Assembly (NCBI GenBank): GCA_963804995.1
Contig: CAWDSK010000006.1
Location: 480,001 to 544,000 of the forward strand
DNA: 64,000 nt
Reading direction: 5' to 3'
DNA from: an uncultured Acidobacteriota bacterium
Lineage (GTDB): Bacteria; Acidobacteriota; Terriglobia; UBA7540
Below, one piece after another: positions 31,026 through 42,362 of the stretch. Each line of letters begins with the position of its first letter. Position 1 is the stretch's first letter. The notes beneath the pieces are model-generated. The model was not told the DNA's origin, did not search any database, and worked only from the letters and a program-made list of their open reading frames with translations. The position numbers and the translations under genes were made by a program.

Positions 31026-32006
31026 TTACTTCGACGGCACCGCATGCTCTTTGACGTACTTCTCGATGCGGGGATCCACATCGGCGCCGGAAGCTCCCGG
31101 GGGGATGTAATGGAACGCTTCGGCGTACTCAACGCCGTATTGTCTGCCCAACTCGCGGTCGGGTCCCAGGAAAAATTCCTTGATGTAATTGCGATCGGCG
31201 GTGGCATCGTCGTCGCCGAGCAGAGGCAGGACCTCATGGCGCTTCGCCAATTCCGCCCGCAACTTTGCTCCGTTGTGGCCGCCCGGGCCTTTCCAAACGT
31301 TAGCCCGGATGGATTCGATCTTCTTATCGATTTGCTTGCTGATATCGACTACGCGGGTAATCTCCGGCCGCCGGGCGAAGTAATACTTCTCCTGCACTTC
31401 ATGGGGCGTGAGGCCAGCCGCGAATTGCTCCTCGTAGTCATGCTCGCGGCCGGCCATCCAGCACGCCGCTTCCGTGGCCTTGGCGATGGTGTAATGATCG
31501 GGATTTTCTTCGTCGTGCGCCCAGGGATCCCAGCAAACAACGGTATCCGCCTTCACCAACCGGATGATCAAAATGAGGCGGCTGATCACCTCGTTCACCG
31601 AAACGTCGGCCATGCGGTGGTTACTGTAGTTCAGGTTGAAGACCTTCACGCAACCCATGGCCCGCGCCACTTCCGCGTTATCGCGCTCGTTGCCGAGAGC
31701 GCCTTCAGAAATCGTTCCGCGCGTGCCCAGCCCCGGTGAGTCCCCCATATCATCGTTGGTGGCGCGCACCAGGTAGCCCGTGTAGCCTTCTTCGATCAGT
31801 TTGGCCACCGTGCCCGAAGACGAAAAGGGTATATCGTCGGAATGGGCCTGGATGGCGAGAAGAGCCTTCCCCTTGTGCGGTTGGCCGGCGAGTTGCCCCT
31901 CAAAAAAGACCCCGCTTGCCGCCTGTGGCCGCGGGGGCTGAGATTGAGCGAACTGTGCCAGGGCACTTCCGGCAATCAAACTGTAAAAGAAATCGCGTCG
32001 TAGCAT
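31026..32006 (-). CDS. PIG-L/LmbE-family deacetylase, Tat-exported
   Basis: RRDF signal, AHSDD, NPDH. Confidence 0.85.
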   Translation of the reverse strand: MLRRDFFYSLIAGSALAQFAQSQPPRPQAASGVFFEGQLAGQPHKGKALLAIQAHSDDIPFSSSGTVAKLIEEGYTGYLVRATNDDMGDSPGLGTRGTISEGALGNERDNAEVARAMGCVKVFNLNYSNHRMADVSVNEVISRLILIIRLVKADTVVCWDPWAHDEENPDHYTIAKATEAACWMAGREHDYEEQFAAGLTPHEVQEKYYFARRPEITRVVDISKQIDKKIESIRANVWKGPGGHNGAKLRAELAKRHEVLPLLGDDDATADRNYIKEFFLGPDRELGRQYGVEYAEAFHYIPPGASGADVDPRIEKYVKEHAVPSK

Positions 32007-32053
32007 GGCGTGGATTATACCCTACCCTGGGTAGACGATTGCAAGCGAGTCAG

Positions 32054-33097
32054 CTATTTCAGACTGGCGGTATCAATAACGAAGCGGTAGCGGACATCAC
32101 CCTTGATAGTGCGCTCGTAGGCCTCGTTGATTTGCTGAATGGGAATCACCTCCACGTCAGACACCAGCCCGTGCCGGGCGCAAAAATCGAGCATTTCCTG
32201 GGTCTCGCGAATCCCCCCGATCATGGAGCCGGCCAGCCGGCGGCGCCCCCCAATCAGCGGAAAGGCGTCGAGCGGAGTGGGATCCGGCAAGCCCACCAGC
32301 ACCATCGTCCCGTTGCGACGCAGGAGTTTGAGATAAGCGTTGTAGTCGTGGGTGGCGGATACGGTGTCCAGGATGAAGTTGAATCGCCCGGCGTTTTGCG
32401 GGAACACCGCGGGGTCGTGAGTGGCGACGAAATCATCTGCGCCCAGGCTTAACGCCCCCTGGCGCTTGCCCGGAGAGTGGCTGAGCACGGTGACCTGAGC
32501 GCCTAGAGCCTTCGCAATTTTCACTCCCATGTGGCCAAGGCCGCCCAGGCCCACCACCGCGACCGCGTCGCCCGCCTTCACGCCAAAGCGCACGAGCGGC
32601 GCATAAGTGGTGATGCCGGCGCACAGCAAGGGTGCCGCTCCGTCCAGCGGAAGGCCCGCCGGAATGCTTAGAACGTAGGCCTCATCCACCGTAATGCGCG
32701 TCGAATAGCCGCCAAAGGTGAGGGTTTTGCCGTCCCGTTCATGGGAGTTGTAAGTGAAGGTTGTGCCCCGCTCGCAGAATTGCTCGTCGCCATCCTCACA
32801 TGCCGCGCATTCACGGCAGGAATCAACGAAACAGCCAATGCCCACAGTGTCGCCCACCTTCCACTTTTTGACCTGGTTTCCGATTTCCACCACCTTGCCG
32901 ACGATTTCGTGACCCGGCACCATGGGAAATATCTCGCCACCCCATTCGCCCCGGACCTGATGAATGTCAGAGTGGCAAACGCCACAATAAAGGATGTCGA
33001 TGAGGACGTCGTGCGGACCGGGTTCGCGGCGGGCAATCGAATAGGGGCCCAGCGGAGCTTTCGCAACCGTCGCGGCATAAGCTGGAGTTGATAGCAT
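32054..33097 (-). CDS. Zn-dependent NAD(P) alcohol dehydrogenase (CAD/YahK-like)
   Basis: CGVCHSD, GHE, GLGGLG, DVRYRFVID. Confidence 0.92.
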   Translation of the reverse strand: MLSTPAYAATVAKAPLGPYSIARREPGPHDVLIDILYCGVCHSDIHQVRGEWGGEIFPMVPGHEIVGKVVEIGNQVKKWKVGDTVGIGCFVDSCRECAACEDGDEQFCERGTTFTYNSHERDGKTLTFGGYSTRITVDEAYVLSIPAGLPLDGAAPLLCAGITTYAPLVRFGVKAGDAVAVVGLGGLGHMGVKIAKALGAQVTVLSHSPGKRQGALSLGADDFVATHDPAVFPQNAGRFNFILDTVSATHDYNAYLKLLRRNGTMVLVGLPDPTPLDAFPLIGGRRRLAGSMIGGIRETQEMLDFCARHGLVSDVEVIPIQQINEAYERTIKGDVRYRFVIDTASLK

Positions 33098-33399
33098 AAG
33101 AAATCTCCTTCCGGGATGAATTACGCCTCGGAGCACCACACCCAGGGCGTCCTCGGGCAGGAGATTTTAGTCTCGAATGGGGTTTCTGGCACGCACTTTC
33201 TGGCGGCACTCACCCAAACCATGCGCTGCCGAACACGCGCATACGAACTTCAAAAGAAAGGCAAAACGCAAAGATGAGTGTGTCGTAGGGGCGAGCGACG
33301 CTCGCCCCTGGGCCGAATCCATTCGGCCCCACAAAGTTTGGGCGGCTCGCGACCTGTCCCGATCTTATCGGGAACCGCCCTACTTGCGGGCAAAGCCCG

Positions 33400-33537
33400 C
33401 TTTGGAGTGCGGCAGCTTGCTGCCGCTTTCCTCCCCGCGAGCTTGCTGCGGGAATCTTTACCGTGGGGCCTGTCGAGCCACGGCACGGCCGGCAAGCTGG
33501 CCTTATCGATAGCGGCAGCAAGCTGCCGCACTCCAAA
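33400..33537. repeat. REP doublet TTTGGAGTGCGGCAGCTTGCTGCCGC...GCGGCAGCAAGCTGCCGCACTCCAAA
   Basis: Inverted repeat visible directly; relatives at 1184-1303, 40297-40466 and 41875-41902. Confidence 0.85.
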
Positions 33538-33672
33538 ACTCCGCCTGCCCACCTCTCGCTTACCGCCTTCCGGTCACGCCCCACCGCTTACCGCCCTAAA
33601 TCGCGTTCGTGACGCCCTGCCCTGGAGTGTGCAAGAATGGGTCGCCAAATCTAACGGAAAGGTCAAACTTCC

Positions 33673-34890
33673 ATGACCTCACAGCACCAGACTTCCACCC
33701 GTTACCTGATGGCGACGGCGTGCGCAGGCCTGTTTACATTCGGTGTGATAACTTCACTTCTAGGCGCAATTCTGCCGGAGTTGAGTGCGCGCTCCAATTT
33801 TGATTTGACCCGCAGTGGAACGCTTTTCAGTTTTCTCTATTTCCCGCAAGTTCCCATGGTCTTCCTGGCGGGGCCCTTGATCGACCGCTTTGGCAAAAAG
33901 CTTGTACTGGCCGTGGGTTTTATGTGCAGCGCCGCGGCGCTGGTGGGGATGGCTTACGCGCCCAGCTACGCGGTGCTGGGAGCGCTGCTCGTCATGCTCG
34001 GCCTGGGCGGCAGTTCCGCCATGGCCGCCGCGAACACGCTCATCCCCGACCTTTACCCGCAGAATCCCTCTTCCGCGCTCAATCTGGCAGGCATCTTCTT
34101 CGGCGTGGGAGCAGTCTTCTTCCCCTGGCTGGTGGCGCTTATGACGCGCTGGTTGGTAAGGCTGATGGCGCCCCCGATGGTGCTGGTCACAATCCTGTGG
34201 TTCATTGCGTTGCTGGTCGGACTGGTGGCCGTGGTGGCGTTGATGCAGAAGTTTCCCCCCGCGAGCATGGCGGGAGGATTCGACTGGGAGCGCGCCCTGT
34301 CGCTGGCGACTAATCCCGCTGTCATTATCCTTGCCTGCGTCCTATTCTTCTATTCCGCTTTGGAAATTTCCACCGCTGGCTGGATTCGCACTTTCCTGGA
34401 GAAAGATCTGGCCGTTTCCGCCCGGAATTCCACCCTCCTGCTGACGACTTTCTGGATCATGATGATGTTGGGCCGGCTGATTGCCAGTCAAGTCGTCAAG
34501 CGAGTTCGCGGGCCGCAATTGTTGCTGGGATGTTCCCTGGGGGCCCTCGCGGGACTCCTGCTCATGGCGCTGGCGCCCAACCTGTGGATAGCCACCGCCG
34601 GCATTATTCTCTGTGGGCTCTCCTACGCGCCGGTATTTCCCACCACCGCGGGGACCGCCAGCACCTACTTTGCGCGCATCTTTGGGACCGTGTTCGGCAT
34701 GCTCATGACTCTCGCCCTGCTGAGTGGGGCGGTGATTCCTCCCGCCATCGGATACGTCGCCCAACACCAATCGGTACGAGCCGGCATCTGGATTCTGGCG
34801 GGCATCGCGGTCCTGCTCCTGATTACGCAGGGGATCTTCAACAGTTACGAGCGGCGGAAACTGCTCCCCGCGGCGCCGGGACCGGCATGA
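33673..34890 (+). CDS. MFS transporter
   Basis: Multi-TM protein; GPLIDRFGKK motif A. Confidence 0.9.
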   Translation: MTSQHQTSTRYLMATACAGLFTFGVITSLLGAILPELSARSNFDLTRSGTLFSFLYFPQVPMVFLAGPLIDRFGKKLVLAVGFMCSAAALVGMAYAPSYAVLGALLVMLGLGGSSAMAAANTLIPDLYPQNPSSALNLAGIFFGVGAVFFPWLVALMTRWLVRLMAPPMVLVTILWFIALLVGLVAVVALMQKFPPASMAGGFDWERALSLATNPAVIILACVLFFYSALEISTAGWIRTFLEKDLAVSARNSTLLLTTFWIMMMLGRLIASQVVKRVRGPQLLLGCSLGALAGLLLMALAPNLWIATAGIILCGLSYAPVFPTTAGTASTYFARIFGTVFGMLMTLALLSGAVIPPAIGYVAQHQSVRAGIWILAGIAVLLLITQGIFNSYERRKLLPAAPGPA

Positions 34891-35322
34891 GTGGATAATA
34901 TTGAGAGTTAACGGCTCACAGCTTGTGGTTATGCTGTCAAGCTATCGTCGCGCGGACCTCCTATGCTTGCCCGGGCAGGTCAGGACCGACAGATTGAGGC
35001 GCACGGCTATCGAAGGTGTGAAGTGGAGGGACACGCGCGAAATATGGTTCAATTATCACCTGCCATGTATCGCTGGATGACTTCACGTTTTGCGGGCGTC
35101 AAGCCGAGGAATGCCAATCCTACTTTTTTGCCCGAGTGGATTATATAAAGGACCTTGGCCCGCACCTTCTGTGCCCCAATCAGGGGCATCTCGCGCTCGG
35201 CGAAATGCGCTTTTCTGGGCTCTCGGGGCACAGGATGCGCAGGTCGCGAGATTTGGGGCATCAGGAATTCCAGTTCCAGAACCTGACCCACCTCGACTCC
35301 ACCCGTAGGGCGGGCACTGCGA

Positions 35323-36180
35323 TTACGCAGATGGCTCGTTCTCGGCAAGGTACATGATGCCCTGCCGGTAGAGTTCCGGGGAGGGTCCCTTGGAACTGTG
35401 AACGACACGGGCATCGACAAAAACGTTCACCGCCGTCGGTGAATAGGGAACCGCAACTTGGATGTAGGATCCGGTGCGGTAGGGCCGGCGGCTGGTGAAA
35501 CGCAGCCCGCCGTGGGAGATGTCCTCAGTGGTCGCCACATCGTCGTCCGACCCAGCCTGGCGAATGCAGACGGGTATCTCCGCGGCCACCCGGCGACCCC
35601 TCCGTTGGGGCTTGGCGAGGGGGGGAGGCGCGGCGGCCACCAGCCTCGCGGGATTCGCCGGCCCTAACTCTGGCCGCTTCGTCGCCTCTTGCTGTAACTC
35701 CAGCCACAGTGTAGGCCTCCCACACTTGTCGCAACTGAGGGAAAGCTGCCGATTGGCGTTGTAGACTGCCAGTTCCACCGAGTCAAGATGCACAATCTTG
35801 CGCGTCCCGCAGACCTTGCACGAAAGCAGAGCTCGCCCGGCAATGTCGTTGTCAGGCGGCAACTCCGGGAAAAAAACATCCCAGAAACCCACCATAGGTT
35901 TCCGGAACACCACGCTGAGAATCTGCAGACCTGCCTGCTTCCCGATTTGCCCCGCCACGTGGAATTCCGCCTCTCGGGGAACAGGGGTCCGGCGACGGCG
36001 GATGCTAATCAACTGACCGGGAGCGAGCGCGGCCTTCAGAGCAACCGCCGCCCCGTGCCGAGCCACCGTCACGGTGGTGGTATCTTCTGAAAATGGATTT
36101 CCTGAAGCGTCGGTTCCGGACACTGAAACCGGCAGGGCGATTGAGACACGATCACTACGACGTTTGCTGGTCTCTGCCAT
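35323..36180 (-). CDS. PilZ - zinc ribbon - PilZ protein
   Basis: RRSDR..ARHGA; CKVC..CDKC; RRGRR..DISHGG. Confidence 0.8.
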   Translation of the reverse strand: MAETSKRRSDRVSIALPVSVSGTDASGNPFSEDTTTVTVARHGAAVALKAALAPGQLISIRRRRTPVPREAEFHVAGQIGKQAGLQILSVVFRKPMVGFWDVFFPELPPDNDIAGRALLSCKVCGTRKIVHLDSVELAVYNANRQLSLSCDKCGRPTLWLELQQEATKRPELGPANPARLVAAAPPPLAKPQRRGRRVAAEIPVCIRQAGSDDDVATTEDISHGGLRFTSRRPYRTGSYIQVAVPYSPTAVNVFVDARVVHSSKGPSPELYRQGIMYLAENEPSA

Positions 36181-36658
36181 TGATCCGTCTCCTCTGACAT
36201 CGCAAGGCTCTCGAAGCCCGACATAACTTTTTGGCTTTCAACGGTGAAAAGTGTACGCCCAATTGCGTAGAAAGGAGCGCATTTTTTCTTCAACCGGCAG
36301 CACCGGCTACAGCTCGTTAACAAAACGATTCGCTGTCGGCGGAGCTATGGGGAACCGAGTGAATAGGAGGCCACTTGCCAAAATTGGCATCACCCACATC
36401 GTAAATCCAGTGACGGCATTCGATGATACCCAGACAACGGGAATTTCCAATATCCACTTCCCGATGGCCGCAAGCGCACCTCCAACCGCCACCGAACGCA
36501 AACTTTGCAGTGCACCGCCTCGTGCACTGCCTCGATTGCACCATCCGGGTTCATGTAATAGAATGTGGCAACCGCTCAAAATGATGCAGAAGGTCGCAGG
36601 GCAATTGACGCTCGCCGCTGCCCTGCTGATGCGGATTCCCCTCAAGGAGGATGGCAGG

Positions 36659-37463
36659 ATGTCTACGAAGAAGAGCTATTACTACCAGCATTACACGTGG
36701 CTGGAGATGAAGGATGTCATCAAGCGGCAGCCCGTGGTGGTTCTGCCCGTGGGGTCGGTGGAAGATCATGGCAAGCATCTGCCGCTGGACGTCGACAACT
36801 TCATTATCACCTCGATTTGCGAAGAGGCGGCACGGCGCGCGGATGGCGAAATCCTGTTGCTGCCCCCCGTCTCCTACGGATTCGAAGAACATCACATGGA
36901 CATGCCGGGCACCATCGACATCGCCATGGAGCACATGCTGCATTTTGTGTTGGATATTACTCGCAGCGTGGCGCACCACGGCTTCAAACGCATTCTGCTG
37001 GCCGACGGGCATGGATCGAATATGCCGATTCTGGATCTGGTGGCGCGGCGCACCATCCTCGAAACCGAGGCGCTTTGCGGGGCGTTCATCTGGCCAAGTC
37101 TGGCGGCTGAGGCGATTGCCAGCATCCGCGAAACCGGGCTGGGCGGTATGGCTCATGCCTGCGAACTGGAGACCTCCGTCTACCTGCACCTTGATGGCTC
37201 GCGCGTGCAGATGAATCTGGCGCAGAAGGAAATTGCTCTGCCGCAGACGAAGTTTACCTGGATGGACCTCATGAAGGGATCTCCCGTGCTGCTGATGGAT
37301 CAGTGGACACGCTTCAGCAAAACCGGCGTCTCCGGCGATCCGACCAAGGCTACCAAAGAGAAAGGCGAGAAAGTCTTTGAGGCCGTCGTCACTGCTTTCC
37401 TCGAGCTGCGTAAAGATCTTCAAGAATTACGAGCGCGGCGAACGCGTGGATAATCACCTGTAA
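36659..37463 (+). CDS. Creatininase-family amidohydrolase (frameshift near 37408)
   Basis: PVGSVEDHGKHLP, DGHGSN, HACELETS, GVSGDP. Confidence 0.88.
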
Positions 37464-37800
37464 GAAGCTGGATGCTCAGGCTTCGATATCGACGGGCGCG
37501 GCGGGACCAATGCGGCCGATCCGTTGACGAAACTTCCTAGCCCAAAACGCCTGAAGATGGGGAATTTGGTGGGACAAGGCGCGCTATGCCCCGCGGAGAG
37601 CAACATGTGGGACATGTCCCACATCGACAAAAAGTCGCCGGCCGACAGGAGCAGAGTAGGGGATCACAGAAGGCTTGGGACCCCTTGTTCCACCCACAAC
37701 GCCCACTTCTACCCTTTGTAAAATTTCCGGAAGCTCAGATTCAGCGCAAGAAAGAACTCTGGATTGTGGATGGGAATTCGCTTCACTTCCAGGCAGGAAT

Positions 37801-39104
37801 TTACGTGCTCGCTTTCACAGTTGTGGAGTTATCAAGCGCGGGAACAATCGTTTTAGTCGCGTCAATTTTCAACCACAAGAGTCCGGCGAAAAAATAGACA
37901 ACGCCGGCGCTCATCAGCATCATGTCGAAGGAATGAAACTTGGTGTAAATCCACGCCGCCGCAACGGGCGAGATAAACGCGGTGACGCAGGAACCCGTGT
38001 TCATAAAAGCTGAAACCGTGCCGGCGTAATCTCCGCCTACTTCCAGGCACACGGCCCACGCGATAGGCATGGCAAGATCCAGACCCACCTCCGCCAGCAT
38101 GAGGCAGAGAATCGCCGGTCCCCCACTTACCATAAAGCCTGCGGCCACAAATCCGATGGCGGCGACAAGGAAGCCTCCCAGGCCCACGATGCGCCGGCCC
38201 CACATCAAGCTTCCGATACGCCGCACCAGAAAGTCCGACAGCATTCCTCCCGACAAACTACTGGCCGCGCCCACTGCCAGCGGCATGGCGGCATACATTC
38301 CCGCCCGTTGCGGCGAGACTCCGTGTTGCTGGATCAAGTATGTTGGGAGCCACGTCAGCAGGAACCAGAAGCCATACGACGTGGCGGAATACATCCCGAA
38401 GATCGAACCACATATTCCGGCTCTCGAAGCATCAGCTTCCACGGTGTGGGGCCGCCGTGCGTGGTGCCCGGTGAGTCCTTGTTCAGGCGCACGTATTCAA
38501 GATCCACGGCCGTCGCTTGGGGATGTTGGGCCGGGTCATCGCGATAGGTTTTCCAGAAGAGTAAACACCAGGCGCCTCCCACCAATCCAAAAATGTAGAA
38601 AGGAACGCGCCAGCCGAACCATCCGAGCAGCAGCGTGGCCACGGGTGGAGCCACGGCTCCGCCCAGGCGCGCGCCCATCCACATGACGCCGTTAGCTCGG
38701 CCGCGATCGGTGGGATGAAACCAGTGGCCAATGGCGCGGGCCAGAGAAGGAAACGCGCCGGCCTCCGCGGCTCCGAAAAGGAATCGCACTACCAGGAGCC
38801 CCCGGAACTCCCACACCAATCCCGTCATGGCTGTGAAGAACGACCAGAGCCCGACGATCCAGGTGAGCATTCGGCGCTGCCCCAGGCGATCGGTAAGCCA
38901 GCCCGAGGGAATTTCCGCGATCCCATAGGCCACGGCAAAAACGCCGAAGGCATATCCCATCTGGATTTTGGAAAGGTTCAACGTCCGCATGATGTCGGGC
39001 GTGGCGACGGAGATGCACACCCGGTCGAGATACGTGATACCTGCGGCCAGCGCCACCAGGCCCAGGATGCGACTGCGAAGCGGAATGTTCGATCCTTGTG
39101 GCAT
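37801..39104 (-). CDS. MFS (ACS-like) transporter split by indels at ~38406 and ~38427
   Basis: ITYLDRVCIS, DRLGQRR, AEAGAFP; two overlapping ORFs. Confidence 0.85.
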
Positions 39105-39132
39105 CTGGAAACGATTGAGAAGTTCAAATGTC

Positions 39133-40170
39133 TTACGGCTGATAGCGCGCGAGCTTTGCCTGCATCCCTGGCTGGTCGAGAACTTTCCGGTTGACGATGT
39201 ACGGCGGCGCGGCTCCCTGGGAAACCGCCACGACGCTTCGGCACGCCGAAAGGCTTGTATCGCGAATGCCCTCGTGGGTTCGGGCGATCACGTGCGGCGA
39301 GAAAATTACATTTTCCAATTTCAGCAGGGGATGACCGGGCCGCACGGGTTCAGTTTCGAAGACGTCGATAGCCGCGCCGGCAATTTTGTTCTCCCGCAGC
39401 GCCGCGACCAGGGCGTCCTCATCCACAATCGGTCCGCGGGCGGTGTTAATCAGGTAGGCGGTGGGTTTCATCAGCGCCAGTTGACGGGCGCCGATCATCT
39501 TTCGGGTCTGCTCGTTCAAGGGGCAGTGGATGGAAACGAAGTCGCTTTCGCACATCACGGTGTCGAGGTCGACAAACTCCACACCCGCCGCGGCCTCTCC
39601 GGCACTGGGCGCAATGGGCTCATAGGCGAGCAGGCGGCGGAATCCCATGCCGCGGGCCAAGCGGAACAATTCCTTGCCGATGTTTCCGAGCCCTACCGTC
39701 CCCAGGGATTTGCCCTCGAGGTTTGAGCCGATGGGAGCATGTTCCCGCCACCGGCCCGCACGGCAATTGATATCGTGAGTGCGAAAGTTCTTGGCGAGCG
39801 CAAACATCAGCCCCAGCGCGCCCTCGGCAACCGGCCGCGCCACGGAGTCAGGCGTCACGGCCAGAATTACAGAGGCTTCCGTGCAAGCGGGCACGTCAAT
39901 GCGGTCAAAGCCCACGCCCCAGCGCGCGACGATGGCCAGCCGCTCAACTCCGCGAAAACTCTCCGCCGGAAAGCGATAGTCGAGCACGATGGCCGCGTCG
40001 TAGCGATTCAGAACTTCCGGCGCCGCCACGCCCCCCGTATCCGGCATGTATTCCCACTCAACGCCGGGAGCGGGCTTCAGGACTTCTTCGATTCCCGGGT
40101 CAATCACGCCCGCAACCTGCGTCACGAAATCAGGAGTGATGCCAATCCGAAATGGTTTATTGCCGCTCAC
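39133..40170 (-). CDS. D-isomer-specific 2-hydroxyacid dehydrogenase
   Basis: GVGFDRID, GLGNIG, INTARG, DVFETEP, SPH. Confidence 0.9.
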   Translation of the reverse strand: MSGNKPFRIGITPDFVTQVAGVIDPGIEEVLKPAPGVEWEYMPDTGGVAAPEVLNRYDAAIVLDYRFPAESFRGVERLAIVARWGVGFDRIDVPACTEASVILAVTPDSVARPVAEGALGLMFALAKNFRTHDINCRAGRWREHAPIGSNLEGKSLGTVGLGNIGKELFRLARGMGFRRLLAYEPIAPSAGEAAAGVEFVDLDTVMCESDFVSIHCPLNEQTRKMIGARQLALMKPTAYLINTARGPIVDEDALVAALRENKIAGAAIDVFETEPVRPGHPLLKLENVIFSPHVIARTHEGIRDTSLSACRSVVAVSQGAAPPYIVNRKVLDQPGMQAKLARYQP

Positions 40171-40644
40171 GGTCTAATCTGCCCCCTGTCTGTCCAGTCG
40201 TAGCGGCGAGTTTACCTCGCCATATGGCGGCGTCCCGATATGATCGGGATAAATGCCGCCGCCTCTACGCATGAAAATTGGTGCGCCGAAGGCGCCTTGG
40301 AGTGCGGTAGCAGCAGCTACCGCTTTTTCCTCCGCGCCTCACCTATTTGCCGTCTGGACCGAAGACCAAAAGCGGTAGCTGCTGCTACCGCTTTCTCGTC
40401 CGCGCCTCACCTATTTGCCGTCTGGACCGAAGGCCAAAAGCGGTAGCTGCTGCTACCGCAGTCCAAAGCGCTGCGCGCATTTTCGTGGTGCACCGCGCGA
40501 ACCCAATCAAATAAAATCGGAACCAAGCCCTTCCGATGATTCCTGACTCTGGAATCGCCGGCTTGAGACGGTAAGTCTATAACAAGTGGATAGAAGTGTC
40601 GAAGGAGAAGATGGGTGACTCATTCTGAGGTGCCACGGGCGTCC

Positions 40645-40779
40645 GAAGGTGTGAAAAAATACCATTTTCACCGCTGAGACGCTGAGACGCAGAGAAATGA
40701 CCCTTTGTTTTCAAGCCTCTGCGCCTCTGCGTCTCTGCGCGAGATGCTTTTGCTCGTTCAGGGATTTCTTCACAGCTTC
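40645..40779. mobile_element. MITE copy 2 (inverted homolog of 6037-6164)
   Basis: GAAGGTGTGAAAAAAT...ATTTCTTCACAGCTTC, flanked by GTGCCACGGGCGTCC/GGACGCCCGTGGCAC. Confidence 0.75.
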
Positions 40780-40946
40780 GGACGCCCGTGGCACAACGTA
40801 GGGGCCAGCGGCGCTGGCCCGGCCGAACGGTCGCCCACCATTAAGATTGGCGGACTTTCAGCCGCGGCGACCCCTACATCCCGGGTTGCGGCTCCGCCGC
40901 GCTGCACTCCCTGCTTATTCGTGAAAACGATGAGCAAAGCGTGGAC

Positions 40947-41288
40947 TTAAGAACGTTTCACACAGAGATCACAGAGTGTTTGGTCTTTGGAATTACCGAA
41001 CCACCTGATCACAGAGGGCACAGAGAACATCCCAGAACTTCTCCGCGGGAGCAGGCCAACGTCCTCAGCGAGTCTCTTGATCTGGTTGACCAGGCGGCCG
41101 GCCTTGTAGGGTTTGACCAGTTCGGCAACGCGCGGCTTTTCGAGCGTGGCGAGCAGCTCGTCGAGGTGCGCCGCGCAGGTGAGAAGCGTGAATTTTCCCT
41201 CTACCCAGGCGCTATAGATCGCGGCGGGATTGCCGGCTGGAGCGATCAGGGCGGAGACGAGGATGTTGGTATCGAGCACCACGCGCAT
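40947..41288 (-). pseudogene. PIN-domain toxin, 3'-truncated
   Basis: MRVVLDTNILVSAL; the C-terminal acidic motif is replaced by repeat sequence. Confidence 0.75.
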
Positions 41289-41385
41289 CAGGCTTTACCT
41301 TCGGTTGGGCGCGACGTTCGGCGCGGACCTCACCCACGGCCTCGTCGACGATGCGCTGAATCTCGTCCGGGTCGGCATCGGCTTC
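41280..41385 (-). pseudogene. C-terminal remnant of an RHH-type antitoxin
   Basis: ADADPDEIQRIVDEAVGEVRAERR directly upstream of the PIN gene; no start codon. Confidence 0.55.
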
Positions 41386-41406
41386 GAAGCGTGGTGGGAC
41401 CAGCTT

Positions 41407-41736
41407 ATGGCTAAGAATTTCAAGGAACTGCAAGCGAAAATGTCTGCCGCGGCGCGGGAGCGTTCGCAAAGGAAGGCGGACCAAATGATTCAGGAAATGG
41501 CTCTGGACGAGCTGCGCGGAGCGCTTGACCTGACGCAGGAACACCTGGCGGAACTGCTGCACGTTAATCAGGCCGCCATTTCCAAAGTGGAGCGCCGCTC
41601 CGACATGTATATCAGCACGCTGCGGAGGATCATTGAGGCCATGGGAGGTCATCTCAACATCCGCGCCGTCCTTCCCAACGGGGTGGTTCGCATCAACCAG
41701 TTCGAAGAGGTTCGCAAGGCGAAATCGCAGGGCTGA
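41407..41736 (+). CDS. XRE-family HTH (HigA-like antitoxin)
   Basis: LTQEHLAELLHVNQAAISKVERRSDMYISTL. Confidence 0.85.
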   Translation: MAKNFKELQAKMSAAARERSQRKADQMIQEMALDELRGALDLTQEHLAELLHVNQAAISKVERRSDMYISTLRRIIEAMGGHLNIRAVLPNGVVRINQFEEVRKAKSQG

Positions 41737-42362
41737 GCTCGCCCTGCGCCAGCCCGCCGATTACCGACTCCCATCGCTCCGGGCTTGCTGTGTTCTTGAA
41801 TCTCGAATCTGCAATCTTCGATTTCCGACTCCCCACCGCCCCTTGCACCTTTGCCGTATGAATCGAAGCCGGAAGGCGGTAGCTGCTGCTACCGCAGTCC
41901 AAGGCGCTGCGCGTATTTTCATCGTTGGCGGTGCACCGCAGGCAGGCGCAGGGCGAGCGCAGGTCTGCGGTTTAGCTTTTGTAGCGCGGAGTGTATGCCT
42001 TTCACACTCTGCGGCTTCTAATATGATGAATATGCACGGTATTATTAACACGCGGTTTTGACACCTGACGTCCTAATCCAGTTTCCCGGGAGGACATAAG
42101 GGCTGATCGGAAGTCTCGTCCATCAAACCAAGAGCCGCAGAGTCTCGGAAAGATCGAGACTCTGCGCACTGTCGCCGCGGCGACCGAGGGCTATGAATTC
42201 ATATTGGCGCCGTGCCCGTGGCTTTGACTTTTGAGCTTTGCGTTTTGCGTTTTGACTTTCTGTTGCGGCTTCGTGCGTGGCGTTACCGGCTGAATCCGAA
42301 ATCCCTAGTCCCTAGTCCCTAACCCCCACCCCCGATTCCCAATTCCCAACTCCCAGCCCTCA

